NCBI RefSeq assembly: GCF_032191835.1
Contig: NC_083240.1
Coordinates: 25,482,001-25,546,000 of the forward strand
Source of the DNA: Heteronotia binoei
Taxonomy: Eukaryota
Reading direction: 5' to 3'
Length of the DNA stretch: 64,000 nucleotides
Each line of letters begins with the position of its first letter. The stretch's first letter is position 1. The position numbers and the translations under genes are program-made. Positions 33,701 through 44,239 of the stretch are shown here, one piece after another. Below the pieces are notes generated by a model. That model was not told the origin of the DNA. It was given only the letters and a program-made list of their open reading frames with translations, and searched no databases.

Positions 33701-36700
33701 AAGTAGAATTTTTGCTCACAAGACTCTACAGCTTACAAGAAGTATTTTAAGACCCTTCCTCCACATCCTGCCACATCTAGGTTGGTCCTCAGTCATCGCC
33801 TAGACAGTCATCTGAGTCTGTCATTAAACTGGCAAGAAAATAGCTTGATGACATTCTGATTATGCAGAGTTGAATTTTAGAAATTTTTCTTTAAATGTCC
33901 TGCTGGCAGATCCATCTTCTAAATTCACACAGTCACCCACGTATGTGTGCAAAGCATACTATCTCCATAAATGCTTTCCTGTGTGCATAACTGAGTGGCA
34001 CAAGTTAGTCCCCAAACACTTGGTACTTACAAGTCAAACACCAAGAAGAAGAAGGTGTGAGATTCAAAGCTGTCCTTCAGCTGGACTGGAAATAAAACAC
34101 AGTGTCTTAATAACAGGGGCTCATGTTGTAACCACCGATCACTCCTGCAAATATGATGTGCATTATGCTGTAAAACCAGTTTGTTATGGCTTCTCTTTGA
34201 AGTTACTTTTAAGACTCCTGCCCACTGCCTGCATCCAGACTATTGCAAACAGTGTCTGCCTCTTTATAAGCCCACCTGAAGTTTGCCAGCTCTGGGCTAG
34301 GAGCTTGTGGAGGACAAGTTTGGAGAAGGGAGAGGCCTCAGTAGGATATTATGGCCATAGAGTCCATCCTCCAAAGCAGCCATTTTCTCCATGTGAACTG
34401 ATCTCTGTTGTCTGGATATCAGTTTTAATTCCAGGATCAGTTGTAATCTCCAGGCCCCACCTAGATGTTAGCAGCCCTAGCAAACTGGGAACTAAGATTT
34501 TCTGATGAGGCTCTGAACGCCGCCTTTTATGCATCCTAGGGCACTTTCACACATGCTAAATAAAGCAATTTCAAATGGATTTTGCCATTTCACACAGCAA
34601 AATTCAGCTGCAAAGTGCATTGAAAGTGTATTATTTAGTGCATGTGAAAGTGTCTCTAGTTTATTATGCAGGACAGGGCTGGCTTGGAATGCCCCCTGCT
34701 TTTCCCTTACCTTTTCGAGGAAACATTCTTGTTCCTCCAGAGTTTTGGCAGAGAAAACTTTTTTTGGCTGCTGCTTGTAGATCTGCTGACTGATTTGATT
34801 GTTTTCATTGTTAGTTTTAGTGGGTTAGGATCTGTATTCTTTAAAGCTTGTATGTCACTTGAACATCAATACTGAAAGGCAGGTCAGTAAAATAAATAAA
34901 GGTCTCCTTGGATCTGTAGCTTAAGATAAACATCAGAAGCCACAGATGCAAGACAAAGGCATTTCTACACTTCTCTCTTTAGTGGTTCCAGATCAGTGGC
35001 TTCCTCTGGGTCTATTGTCAGTAATGAATACATCTTAAAAAAAAAACAAAACCACTTGGTCTATAAGTGTTAGGGTTGCCAATCCCCAGTTTGGGGCAAG
35101 GGATCCCCAGGTTTAGAGGCCCTCCCCTCACTTCAGGGTCATCAGAAAGCGGGGGGGGGGGAATGTCTACTGGGCACTCCATTACTCCCTATGGAGACTG
35201 ATTCCCATAAGATATAATGGAGAATTGATTTGCAGGTATCTAGGGCTCTGGGGGGCCCCTGTTTTTGAGGTAACCAAATTTGCAGCATAGCATCCGATGC
35301 CTCTCTTCAAAACACCCCCCAAGTTTCAAAAAGATTGGACCCAGGGGTCCAATTCTATGAGCCACAAAAGAAAGTCTCCCATCCTTCATTATTTCCAGTG
35401 GAGGGAAGGAATTTAAAAGATGTGCAGTCCCTTTAAATGTGATGGCCAGAATTCCCTCTGGAGTTCAATCATGCTTGTCACAACCTTGCTCCTGGCTCCA
35501 CCCCCAATGTCTCCTGTCTCCACCCCCCAAAGTCCCCAGTTATTTCTTGAATTGGACCTGGCAACGGTAATGTGTGCACTGAAAAAAGCATATCTGTTTT
35601 ACCAAACAGATGTGATTATGTTAGGATAGTTAAAAGACATTTACTATTGACCATAAACAGATCTTGCAGATTCACCTCCAAAACAAGATTTTACATAAAC
35701 TAAATTACCATTCTGGGGTTTCTTGGGGAAGACATGGCAACAGATCTGGTTTTATTTTTATAGCAGATATCAGAATCAACCTAGAACAGCTCCGGACTGG
35801 CCCTGAAGCTGCCTGAAGCAGAAATTCCTAATGACTGTGCCTCTACAAAAATTTGACTAGTAAACAATGGAATAATTATTAGGGTTTGTAGAATCTTTCA
35901 GGCTCAAGTGCCGTGTTCTACTGGAGAAAGTTTTTCCTCCAGACGTTTCGTTCTCGGCTACGGAGAACATCCTCAGTGGCGTTGCAGTCGGAGCAGGCGC
36001 TCTGACCTTCTTGGCTGCTCAATGCACAGCAGCCAAGAAGGTCAGAGCGCCTGCTCCGACTGCAACGCCACTGAGGATGTTCTCCGTAGCCGAGAACGAA
36101 ACGTCTTGAGGAAAAACTTTCTCCAGTAGAACACGGCACTTGAGCCCGAAAGATTCTACAAACCCTAATGATGTTACCAGCCGTGAAAGCCTGAAATCTT
36201 TGATAATGGAATAATTGACAATATCCTCCAAATCTGCCACCTCACTGGCCCATGAGACTCTGGGAATGCACGCTGATTGATAGCACGAAATAAATCAGAA
36301 ATCATCATCCGAGAGTCAGCCTTGGAACAGGACGTTAATTGCATTTGTCCAGCATAGCTTTGCAAACTTTGGCTTCTCGGACTCAAGTCTGCCAACCCCT
36401 CAGTGATGGGAAACACTTCCAGGAATCACAAGACTTCGTGCAAGAATGATAAACAGGCCCCAAACACTTGCTAGCAATGCTTCTGCGTACCAGGAAGTAC
36501 ACAGCAGCAAGCTGCTGGAACAAAAAGAAACAAGCAGATTCCAATTGGACAGAGAAACTGGCAATATTCAAAAGCATTCTCAATCTACTGGGAAACATCA
36601 ACATGAAATTGCTGAATTGGAATGTATCGGCAGGTATTAATTGCATTAACCACGATGGAACATTTCATAGCCACTGCAAGTTTTAAATTGCTTAATATAA

Positions 36701-39700
36701 CTATGCAGACTGTGATATTATAGCACGGGATGGCCAAACTTGCTTAATGTCAGAGCCACATAGAATAAATGTCAGATGTTTGAAAGCCGCAAGACATGAA
36801 TGTAGTGTTTGACAGAAGGAACGAATGAACGAACGAAGGGAGGGAGGGGTGGAAATAAAGCAACTTAACTTTAAATGCATTCTCCAAGCCACTGGCTGTG
36901 TTGGCTTGGAGAAGTGATTTAAAGAGACAAATGCCTTCTCCAAACTGGCTGACAGGTGGTGGAGGCGTCAAGAGCCACACAATATGCGTGAAAGAGCCAC
37001 TCCTGTTATAGCAGTTGTGAATGATCACTATATAGCAGGGCCTGGATTTCTCCCAGAATTACAGCTGATCTCCAGACTCTGGCAGCTTTGGAGGGCAGTC
37101 TCTGTGGCATCACATTTTTGATGCGCTCCCTCCCCAAGGTACCCCTTCTCCAGTCCATCCTCCCAAAATCTCCAGGCATTTCCAAAGTTGGCTTTTCTGG
37201 CCCTGAGAACTGAGCTCCAGGTGCCCAGTTTTAGCAATGGGGAAATGCAACTTACTGACATTGGGATGTCCAGACACCTTCCGGAGGATGTCTATTTCCT
37301 TCAGAGTGGCTTCTCTTAGTTCCTGAACTTCTTCCGGGGACAAATTCCCAGCTGTGATGTCTATAATTTTCACTGCAAATTCTTGCCTGGTAACCTTATG
37401 GATGCACCGACGAACCACACTGCTTACCCCCCTGGAGACAGACAAAAGCGGCATTATGCAAACTCAAAATCCTATAAAGGGTGTACAAATCCCACACATT
37501 TGTCAGTAGGTTTTTTTGTTTAAGTTAAACTAGCTGCTTCAAGGTTGCCAACCCCCAGGTGGGGCCTGAAGATCTTCCAGTATTACCATTGCTCTCCAGA
37601 TTATAGAGATCAGTTCATCTGGTGATAGGGTCCAATTCCAGAACTTTCTAGGGACTTTGGGGGTGGAGCCAGGAGAAAGGTTGTGACAAGCACAACTGAA
37701 CATCCAAGGGAGTTCTGTCCATCACATTTAAAGTGACCGCACTCCTTTTAAATGCCTTTCCTCCACTGGAAATAATGAAGGATGGGGCACCTTCTTTTAG
37801 GGCTCATAGAATTGGACCTCCTGATGCAATCTGTTTGAAACTTGGAGAGTGTTTTGAGGAAAGGCACCAGATGCTATGCTGCAAATTTGGTGCCTCTGTT
37901 TCAAAAACCAGAGCCCCAGATACCTGTGGATCAATTCTCCATTATACCCTGTGGGAATCGATCTTCATAGGGGATAATGGAGTGCCCAGTAGACATTACC
38001 CCCTACCCCTACCTGGGGATTGAGCAACCAATAAAGAGCAACACGGATACTGGAGCAGGGAAACAAGATAACAACGAACCTCCACGAGAACCAGCCTCCA
38101 AATTAATACACTACAAGCAACTCTTAGAAAAAATGCAAATTATTCCTCAGAATAAGCCACAAATTATAACAAACCCAAAAGGAACATACGCCCACACCCA
38201 AAGTCACCGAAAGGTCTTCCATGGACAATCCAGCTCCACAAACTTTGTCTTCTGTACAGCAAGGCACAAGAAGTACAGAAGACAAAGTCTGTGAAGCTGG
38301 ATTCTCCATGGAAGACTCTCTTAACTCAAATTGGAATTCTTAGGAGCAGCGCTCCATTTGAAAGACTTTGTGACTGGAATTTTCACCTGCACCCTACCAT
38401 TGAAAAATACTGGACAATAGAATATCGGACATTACTGCCTTTCGGTGACTTTGGGTGTGGGCGTATGTTCCTTCTGGGTTTGTTATAATTTGTGGCTTAT
38501 TCTGAAAAATAATTTGCATTTTTTCTAAGAGTTGCTTGTAGTGTATTAACTTGGAGGCTGGTTCTCGTGGAGGTTCGTTGTTACCTTGTTTCCCCACCTG
38601 GGGATTGGCAACCCTACCTGGTGAAAATGGCTGCTTTGGCGAATGAACTCTCATGGCATTATATCCCGCATACCCCACATCCTCCCCAGACTCCATACCT
38701 CATCTCTCCAGGAATTTCCGAACCCAGCAGTGAGAACTATAGGTATCTTTTAAACAGAACCAAGTATTTTCAGTCATCTCCTCTAACTAATTCATCAACA
38801 AAAAAACTCATCAGCGGAATTTTAACATCTTATTACAGTTGTTTATTAAAGCAAACAGCTTTTAATAGGCTGATCATCAGTTTGATTTTTGCCATGTTAT
38901 AGGCAGAAATCTAGCCTCCTGGGAGCAACTGGAGATGCCCTGCTATTACAATTGAACTCCAGACAATCAAGCCCAGTTCCTCTGGAGGAAATGGCTACTT
39001 TGGAGGATAGATTCTATGGCAGGAGTGGCCAAACTGCAGCTCAGGAGTCACATGTGGCTCTTTCACACATATAGTGTGGCTCTTAAAGCCACCACCAGCC
39101 AGTTGGCCAGCTTGGGGAATGCATTTAAAGTTAAAGTTGCTTTCTTTCCACCTCTCCCTTCCTCCATCTATTTTCCTTCTTGCCTGTCTTGCAGCTCTCA
39201 AACATCTGACTCTTATTCTATGTGGCTCTTATGTTAAGCAAGTTTGACCACCCCTGTTCTATGACGTTATATCCTGCTGAGTTCCCTCCCCACAAAAAAT
39301 CTCCAGGTATTTTCCAGCCCACAGCAGGCAACCCTGTTTTCAAAGGAAAGCTCATCCCCGACTCCTGCCCCATCACACTCTATTGCCTCAGAGCATCTCT
39401 GCAGTTTGCTTTATGGCAGGCTTGCAACAATTTGCAACAGTGACGCTGTAAGAGGTGGAGATTGGCTGTACTCAAGTACTTAGGAAAGAGCAAATCTGAA
39501 AGACAAAGCTGGAGATGGCTTGCTTTAAAACCACACAAGCTAAGTTTTCCTCTGCATCCTGCAAAAGGGGGGTTAGATTGGTGGATTTAGAAGACTGGTT
39601 AAATACAGTTAAGCACAGAAATATCAGTTAACTGTGCTGTTCTTACAAGTGACCTCAAAGGCTGCATACGGCCCTCGGGACGGATGTTCCCCACCCCTGC

Positions 39701-40530
39701 TGTAAAGAATTGAGCGGAGGCTCGGTGTAGAGTCGGGAGAAGGAGACTGACGGAGTGTTGGTAAGCGAAACCATGAGGATTCTTTTATAAGCGATTCCTT
39801 ATTCTGTCTGCACCGTCACGAATTGAACACTGAGAGAGCAAAAAAACTTCACCCACAGCTATGTCTACTTTGGAGAAGCTATCATTTTATTGAGGCTGTT
39901 GAAAGACTACGTGGGGAAATTTCATGGATTTCACACACAGCTTATTTATCACACCGCTTCCAGTTGTTTTGATCATTTTCTCCAGGGGAGCTGATCTCTG
40001 CCAGCTGGAGATCAGTTGTAAAAGTAGGAGATCCCCAGGCCTCACTTGGAGGCTGGCAACCCTATTTGAAAGGTGGACTTTGCCATTATAACCAAGTGAA
40101 GACCCACCTCCTCCCCAAACCTCACCCTCCTCAGGCTCCACCCCTAAAATCCCGATTTATTTCTCAACCCAAAGTTGGTAATCCAAACTACAAGAGCTAA
40201 ATAGACTATCCATATTGTGAGGCGGTGTACCTCTGAATGCCAGTCACAGGAGACTCACAATAGAGAATTGTTGCCCTCATACCCTTGTTTGTGAACTTCT
40301 CAGATGCATCTGGCTGTTCACTGTGGGAATCAGGATGCTTTTTAAAAAAATTATCCTGGCAGAAGCTTTAAAGTGCCACAGTTATTTGATTCTAAGGTTT
40401 GGGGTTGAGTAACCACCATCTCTAGCCACTTGGATCCATACTTTTACCTTCCCAAGATTTCCTTCGGTTCATATTTCTCATAAAATTCCCCAGAAGAATG
40501 GTTCTCAGGAAGTTCCTCGGTTTTGGTCAT
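21743..40530 (-). CDS. PHKG1: Phosphorylase b kinase gamma catalytic chain, muscle isoform (PHKG1), 9 coding exons, 388 aa
   Basis: Coding exons 5'->3' on minus: 40530-40448, 37431-37256, 34085-34031, 29428-29363, 27665-27502, 25935-25845, 24457-24304, 23327-23202, 21994-21743 (TGA); 1167 nt in frame. [64 protein letters not shown], and the C-terminal calmodulin-binding region [13 protein letters not shown]...[10 protein letters not shown]. Confidence 0.97.
26833..27425. mobile_element. Non-autonomous hAT element, full length
   Basis: TIR CAGGGGTGTCAGAC / GTTTGACACCCCTG. TSD ACCTAGAT/ACCTAGAC (7/8). A partial related copy lies at ~13870-14162. Confidence 0.8.
28383..28840 (+). mobile_element. 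L2 LINE 3' fragment nested in a MITE, which is nested in a Squam3-like SINE
   Basis: Frame reads [17 protein letters not shown]...[22 protein letters not shown]...[14 protein letters not shown] (L2 ORF2 C-terminus), then the 3' UTR. Flanked by MITE ends GTGCTTTCACGCATACTAAAT (~28253) and ATTTAGCATGTGTGAAAGTGC (~28866). Confidence 0.75.
34540..34634. mobile_element. Short palindromic MITE
   Basis: GGCACTTTCACACATGCTAAATAA ... TTATTTAGTGCATGTGAAAGTGTC. Same termini as the element at ~28253-28866. Confidence 0.65.
35878..36204. mobile_element. Young palindromic Penelope-like insertion with two oppositely oriented hammerhead cores and a 12-bp TSD
   Basis: ~145-bp inverted arms (35875-36172 overall) around an 8-nt loop. 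Direct repeat AATGGAATAATT at 35866-35877 and 36205-36216. CTGAGGA-T-GTTCTC-CGTAGCC-GAGAAC-GAAA-C-GTC on + at 36071-36105 and on - at 35976-35942. Confidence 0.8.
38023..38595. mobile_element. TSD-flanked insertion with nested inverted repeats (family unknown)
   Basis: 12-bp direct repeat ACCTGGGGATTG at 38011-38022 and 38596-38607. Inverted arms 38058-38214 / 38438-38594. Inner hairpin 38214-38316. Confidence 0.7.
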
Positions 40531-40737
40531 CTTTGTCTGATTGTACTGATCCGAACCTTCTTGAGGTTTATTTCAAGATGACAAAATGCTATGAGGGAAT
40601 AATAAAACAGGAAACAAATAGTATGCATAATGGGAAAGAAGTAAGATCAGCTGTGGTATCTCAAGGCTCTCCTTGGTTCCATGTCTGCCCACAACAAACT
40701 TGCTGGGTAGATCACTTTCCACCCTCATGGAATCATG

Positions 40738-40858
40738 CAAGGGGTTTTTTTTGGTAGAAAAAGCACAGCGGGTACTCATTTGCATATTAGGCCACTCCCT
40801 CTGACTCCAAGCCAGCTGGAACTACATTCCTATGTGTTCCTGCTCAAAAAAAGCCCTG
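40738..40858. mobile_element. hAT MITE
   Basis: CAAGGGG.../...AAAAAAGCCCTG ends. TSD GAATCATG/GAATCATT. Confidence 0.75.
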
Positions 40859-40879
40859 GAATCATTAATCTCCTGAAAG

Positions 40880-41061
40880 CAGGGCACTTTTTTGTAGCAG
40901 GAACTTCTTTGCATATTAGGTCACACACTCTGATGTAGCCAATCCTCCAAGAGCTTACAGGGCTCTTTGTACAGGGCCTACTGTAAGCTCTTGGAGGATT
41001 GGCTACATCAGGGGTGTGTGGCCTAATATGCAAAGGAGTTCCTGCTACAAAAAAAGCTCTG
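40880..41061. mobile_element. Fully palindromic hAT MITE with a perfect 8-bp TSD
   Basis: 182-bp fold-back CAGGGCACTTTTTTGTAGCAGGAAC...GTTCCTGCTACAAAAAAAGCTCTG. TSD CCTGAAAG at 40872-40879 and 41062-41069. Confidence 0.88.
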
Positions 41062-41289
41062 CCTGAAAGCATTACCAAAGAACCTTGCAACAGTTCCTAG
41101 CATCTGTTACCAACTTTCCATCTTTATAAAATGATGGATTTGAAGAATCCACCTAAATAAAATCTGTCCTCTAGAAGCAACTGAAGCTGAGAAGGAGGGC
41201 AGCATTTGTGAACACTGGAAGTCAGCTTGAGCCACAAGATAACATGGGGAGGAGCCATAGCTCAGTGGCAGAACATCTACTTGCCTTTC

Positions 41290-41815
41290 AGTTTTTAAAA
41301 AGTTTTATTGATTTCAAGGGATTAGGGATAGGAAATAAGAAAGGATAGGGGATCGGAGTACATATTAGTCTTATTCTGCATAAGAAATGCTTTCAAAGAA
41401 TGTAAGTCTACATCTGCAATACTTTCTTAAAATACATAAATTGTCATATATTATTGTCTCTAAAACTACGCATCATCAACATTTTGAAATTTTACGTTAC
41501 AAATCTTTTTGTTAAAGTGTCTATTGAATTTGACAATTCCAATAAAGGGAATTGTATGTTACAGAGTACAGGAAAAAAAGAGATATAAGTTCACACCTAT
41601 AAAAAATACTTTCAAAAAATATCAGCCTACATCTGCAGTACTTTCTTAAAATGCATAAATTGTCACATATTATTATCTCTAAACTATGCATCATCAACAT
41701 TTTGATATTTGATGTTATAAATCTTTTTGTTAAAGTGTCTATTAAATTTGACAATTCCAATAACGGCAATCTTGTGATACAAAGTACAGGAAAAAAGGAG
41801 ATATGAGTTAACACC
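41290..41815 (-). mobile_element. TPRT-type insertion (L1-like 3' UTR or retrocopy) with an internal 219-bp tandem duplication
   Basis: 13-bp TSD CTACTTGCCTTTC at 41277-41289 and 41816-41828. AATAAA plus an A-rich tail on the minus strand at the left end. Interrupts a Squam2-like head. Confidence 0.7.
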
Positions 41816-43783
41816 CTACTTGCCTTTCGAGTCCCCTGATGAGGACAGAAAGGCAGAGTATATATTGTGTAAAACAGATAAATAAAATAAAACACTATTT
41901 TGATTCTTCTACAGCCAAAGGTTATTAGATACTGAAAAATTTTCTGATTCACTCACTTCTCCTTTCACCGTTTTGTTGAAATGTATTTTACATGCTCCTT
42001 GAGAGAGAAGCCTTTCTTTTGTATGGATGCCCATCAGTACATTTCTATCTCAGTCTTCCCCCAAGAACTCAGGGTCTCTTTTCCGTTTTATCCTCACAAC
42101 AACCCTGAGAGATAAGTCAGGCTGAAAGAATGACTGGCCAAAAGTCACCCAGTGAGCTTTGTGGGGATTTGAATCTGGCTCTTTCAGCTCCAAATCTGAC
42201 ACACACTGACTAACCACTATACCACACTAGCTCACACCACCCTATCCCATTCTTTGCTTGTAAAGAACTGTCGCATGCACTGATTGTGTTGTATTAAAAA
42301 ATGCAAAGTGACTGTTTTGCTATTGTCAGATTTTTTTAAAAAGATGAAGCACTTTACTGAATTCTGAGACGTTTCCTAATAGAACTGCTTCCTATAGCAA
42401 TTAGTTTAATTTTAGTTCAGCCACCGCACTGGAGCTGTATCACAATGGCTCTGGCCCAGGAATAGCTCAGTATGCACTATACATCTATGGTGCAGAATGT
42501 GTTTCTATTGGTAGCCAGTCAGATCATATATTTGCAGGATTTGCATTTAGCGCTTCTAAGCAATAGTTAATCTGGCCTGCTGACATGGACACAGATTTTT
42601 GACCTTGATTCAATATGACGTAGGGGCCAGTTGTGATTTCTTTGTGGCAAAAGGGAAAACACTCTGCATGTACTTAGAGGTGCTGCCATTTTTCATTATC
42701 ATCTCGCTTGCTCTGGACCAAAATTTGGTTGTGGCTCCAAATCATCCCCATTCCTAGTCATTTTTACTATTCTTGGCTTAGAAATTAACAACTGATATCT
42801 ATGGAGATGTGCATTTCTCTCTGTTGTTTACTGAACAAGATGGATTTCTTGACCAAGAAAGCAAGCACTCACCATAACCTTTCCTTTTCAGAATCCTCTC
42901 TCTTCTAACTGATGACCAGAATATCCAGGGAGGGGGGAGAGTGGTGGGTAATCCAGAAGACAAAGAGTCAAAGCCAAATTGGATACATTCAGTGTCTCGG
43001 ACAGACAATAACAAACTGGCCCCTCTGTCTTCTGTTAATTCACTGCCAGTCGGTTTCCCTGTGGGGACTGCGGTGCCAAAAATAAAAATTGCAATGCAAC
43101 TTGGGCTCTCTTCCAAGCCTTCTGATTTGAACGCCTGATGGGCTGAAGTATTTATTGAAGAGTGACCCAGAGCTGAGGTAAACCGTAGAGGTTCACCAGT
43201 AGGCAACAGCGCAGCTCTGAGTCACTGAAGAGGACTGCTAGTTGTCATGGTTGGTGCCTTGAAGAATGCAAGAGCGCTTCAAATGATCAAAACCAAGTGT
43301 TCATAAACAAGAAACAGATGCCCAACAGCAGTAGAGAGATGTGTATTCTGGGGCTCCAGGGATAAGGCATAGCATGCGATATATGCTGCAAAATTCAGCT
43401 GTCCATTAAGTTGCCAGTCCTCATGCTTGTGCAGATGTGCTTTGGAGCCTGTGGACAGCACCAGCTGAAACCACCTCAGAAACTAGGACTCCAAAAAGAT
43501 TTCCAGTGATCAGAGTGCCATTCCTTGCCCCTCCCCAAAACCAGATGATTCAAGAATATATAGAACAAAGTTAGAGTCCAGTGGCACCTTTAAAACCAAC
43601 AAAGTTTTATTCGAGGTATCAGCTTTTGGGGACATGTACACTTCCTCAGATATTGGCCACAAAAGCTCACCCCTTGAATAAAACTTCATTGGTCTTAAAA
43701 GATGCCACTGAACTCTTAACTTTGTTCTATTGCTTCCGACCAACATGGCTGCCCACCCAGATCTATCTTCAAGAATATAAAGT

Positions 43784-44239
43784 TTTTCCCCCTTTCTCTT
43801 TCACCTTCCTTTTCCGGAAAGTTAGTTCACCCTGTGCATTCCATGCATTCTATAAGCTGAGCCTCTTTTTAATGTGTCAGTATGTATCCTCTATGTAGGG
43901 AGTTTATTTTGCAGCTTTTTATGTTGATCATATTATAATCTACTACTTGAATTTTGCCTGTCTGAATCTGCTCCTTGGATAATGGTATAGATGTGTTATT
44001 ATAGGTTTTTGTCCGGGGGGCGGGCGGTAAAGGGTTAAGATTTTGTGAATATTTGACTGCACTTGTTGTATATCGTTGTTGTCTTTTTAAAGTTTAATGT
44101 AAAAAAAGAGAATGGAAAAAAATTAATATACTGAATAATAATCCATTCAGTTTCTTATAGTCCAAACATGGGTTGTTGCCAAGTCTTTTATTAAAAGTGC
44201 CCCACAAGTAATAAATATGCACAGGAGAAAAAAAAAAGA
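43784..44239 (+). mobile_element. Poly(A)-tailed TPRT insertion (L1-like 3' end or retrocopied 3' UTR)
   Basis: 13-bp TSD AAGAATATAAAGT at 43771-43783 and 44240-44252. AATAAA at ~44210 followed by an A-run. Sits between Penelope-like repeat sequence (~43561-43770 and ~44253-44325). Confidence 0.7.

Noticed and set aside
33870-34505. 211-aa + strand ORF
   Set aside because: TTG start, antisense across PHKG1 exon 4, ends in a MITE, no domain similarity.
35908-36139. Identical-looking 73-aa ORFs on both strands
   Set aside because: A consequence of the DNA palindrome; non-ATG starts; not protein-coding.
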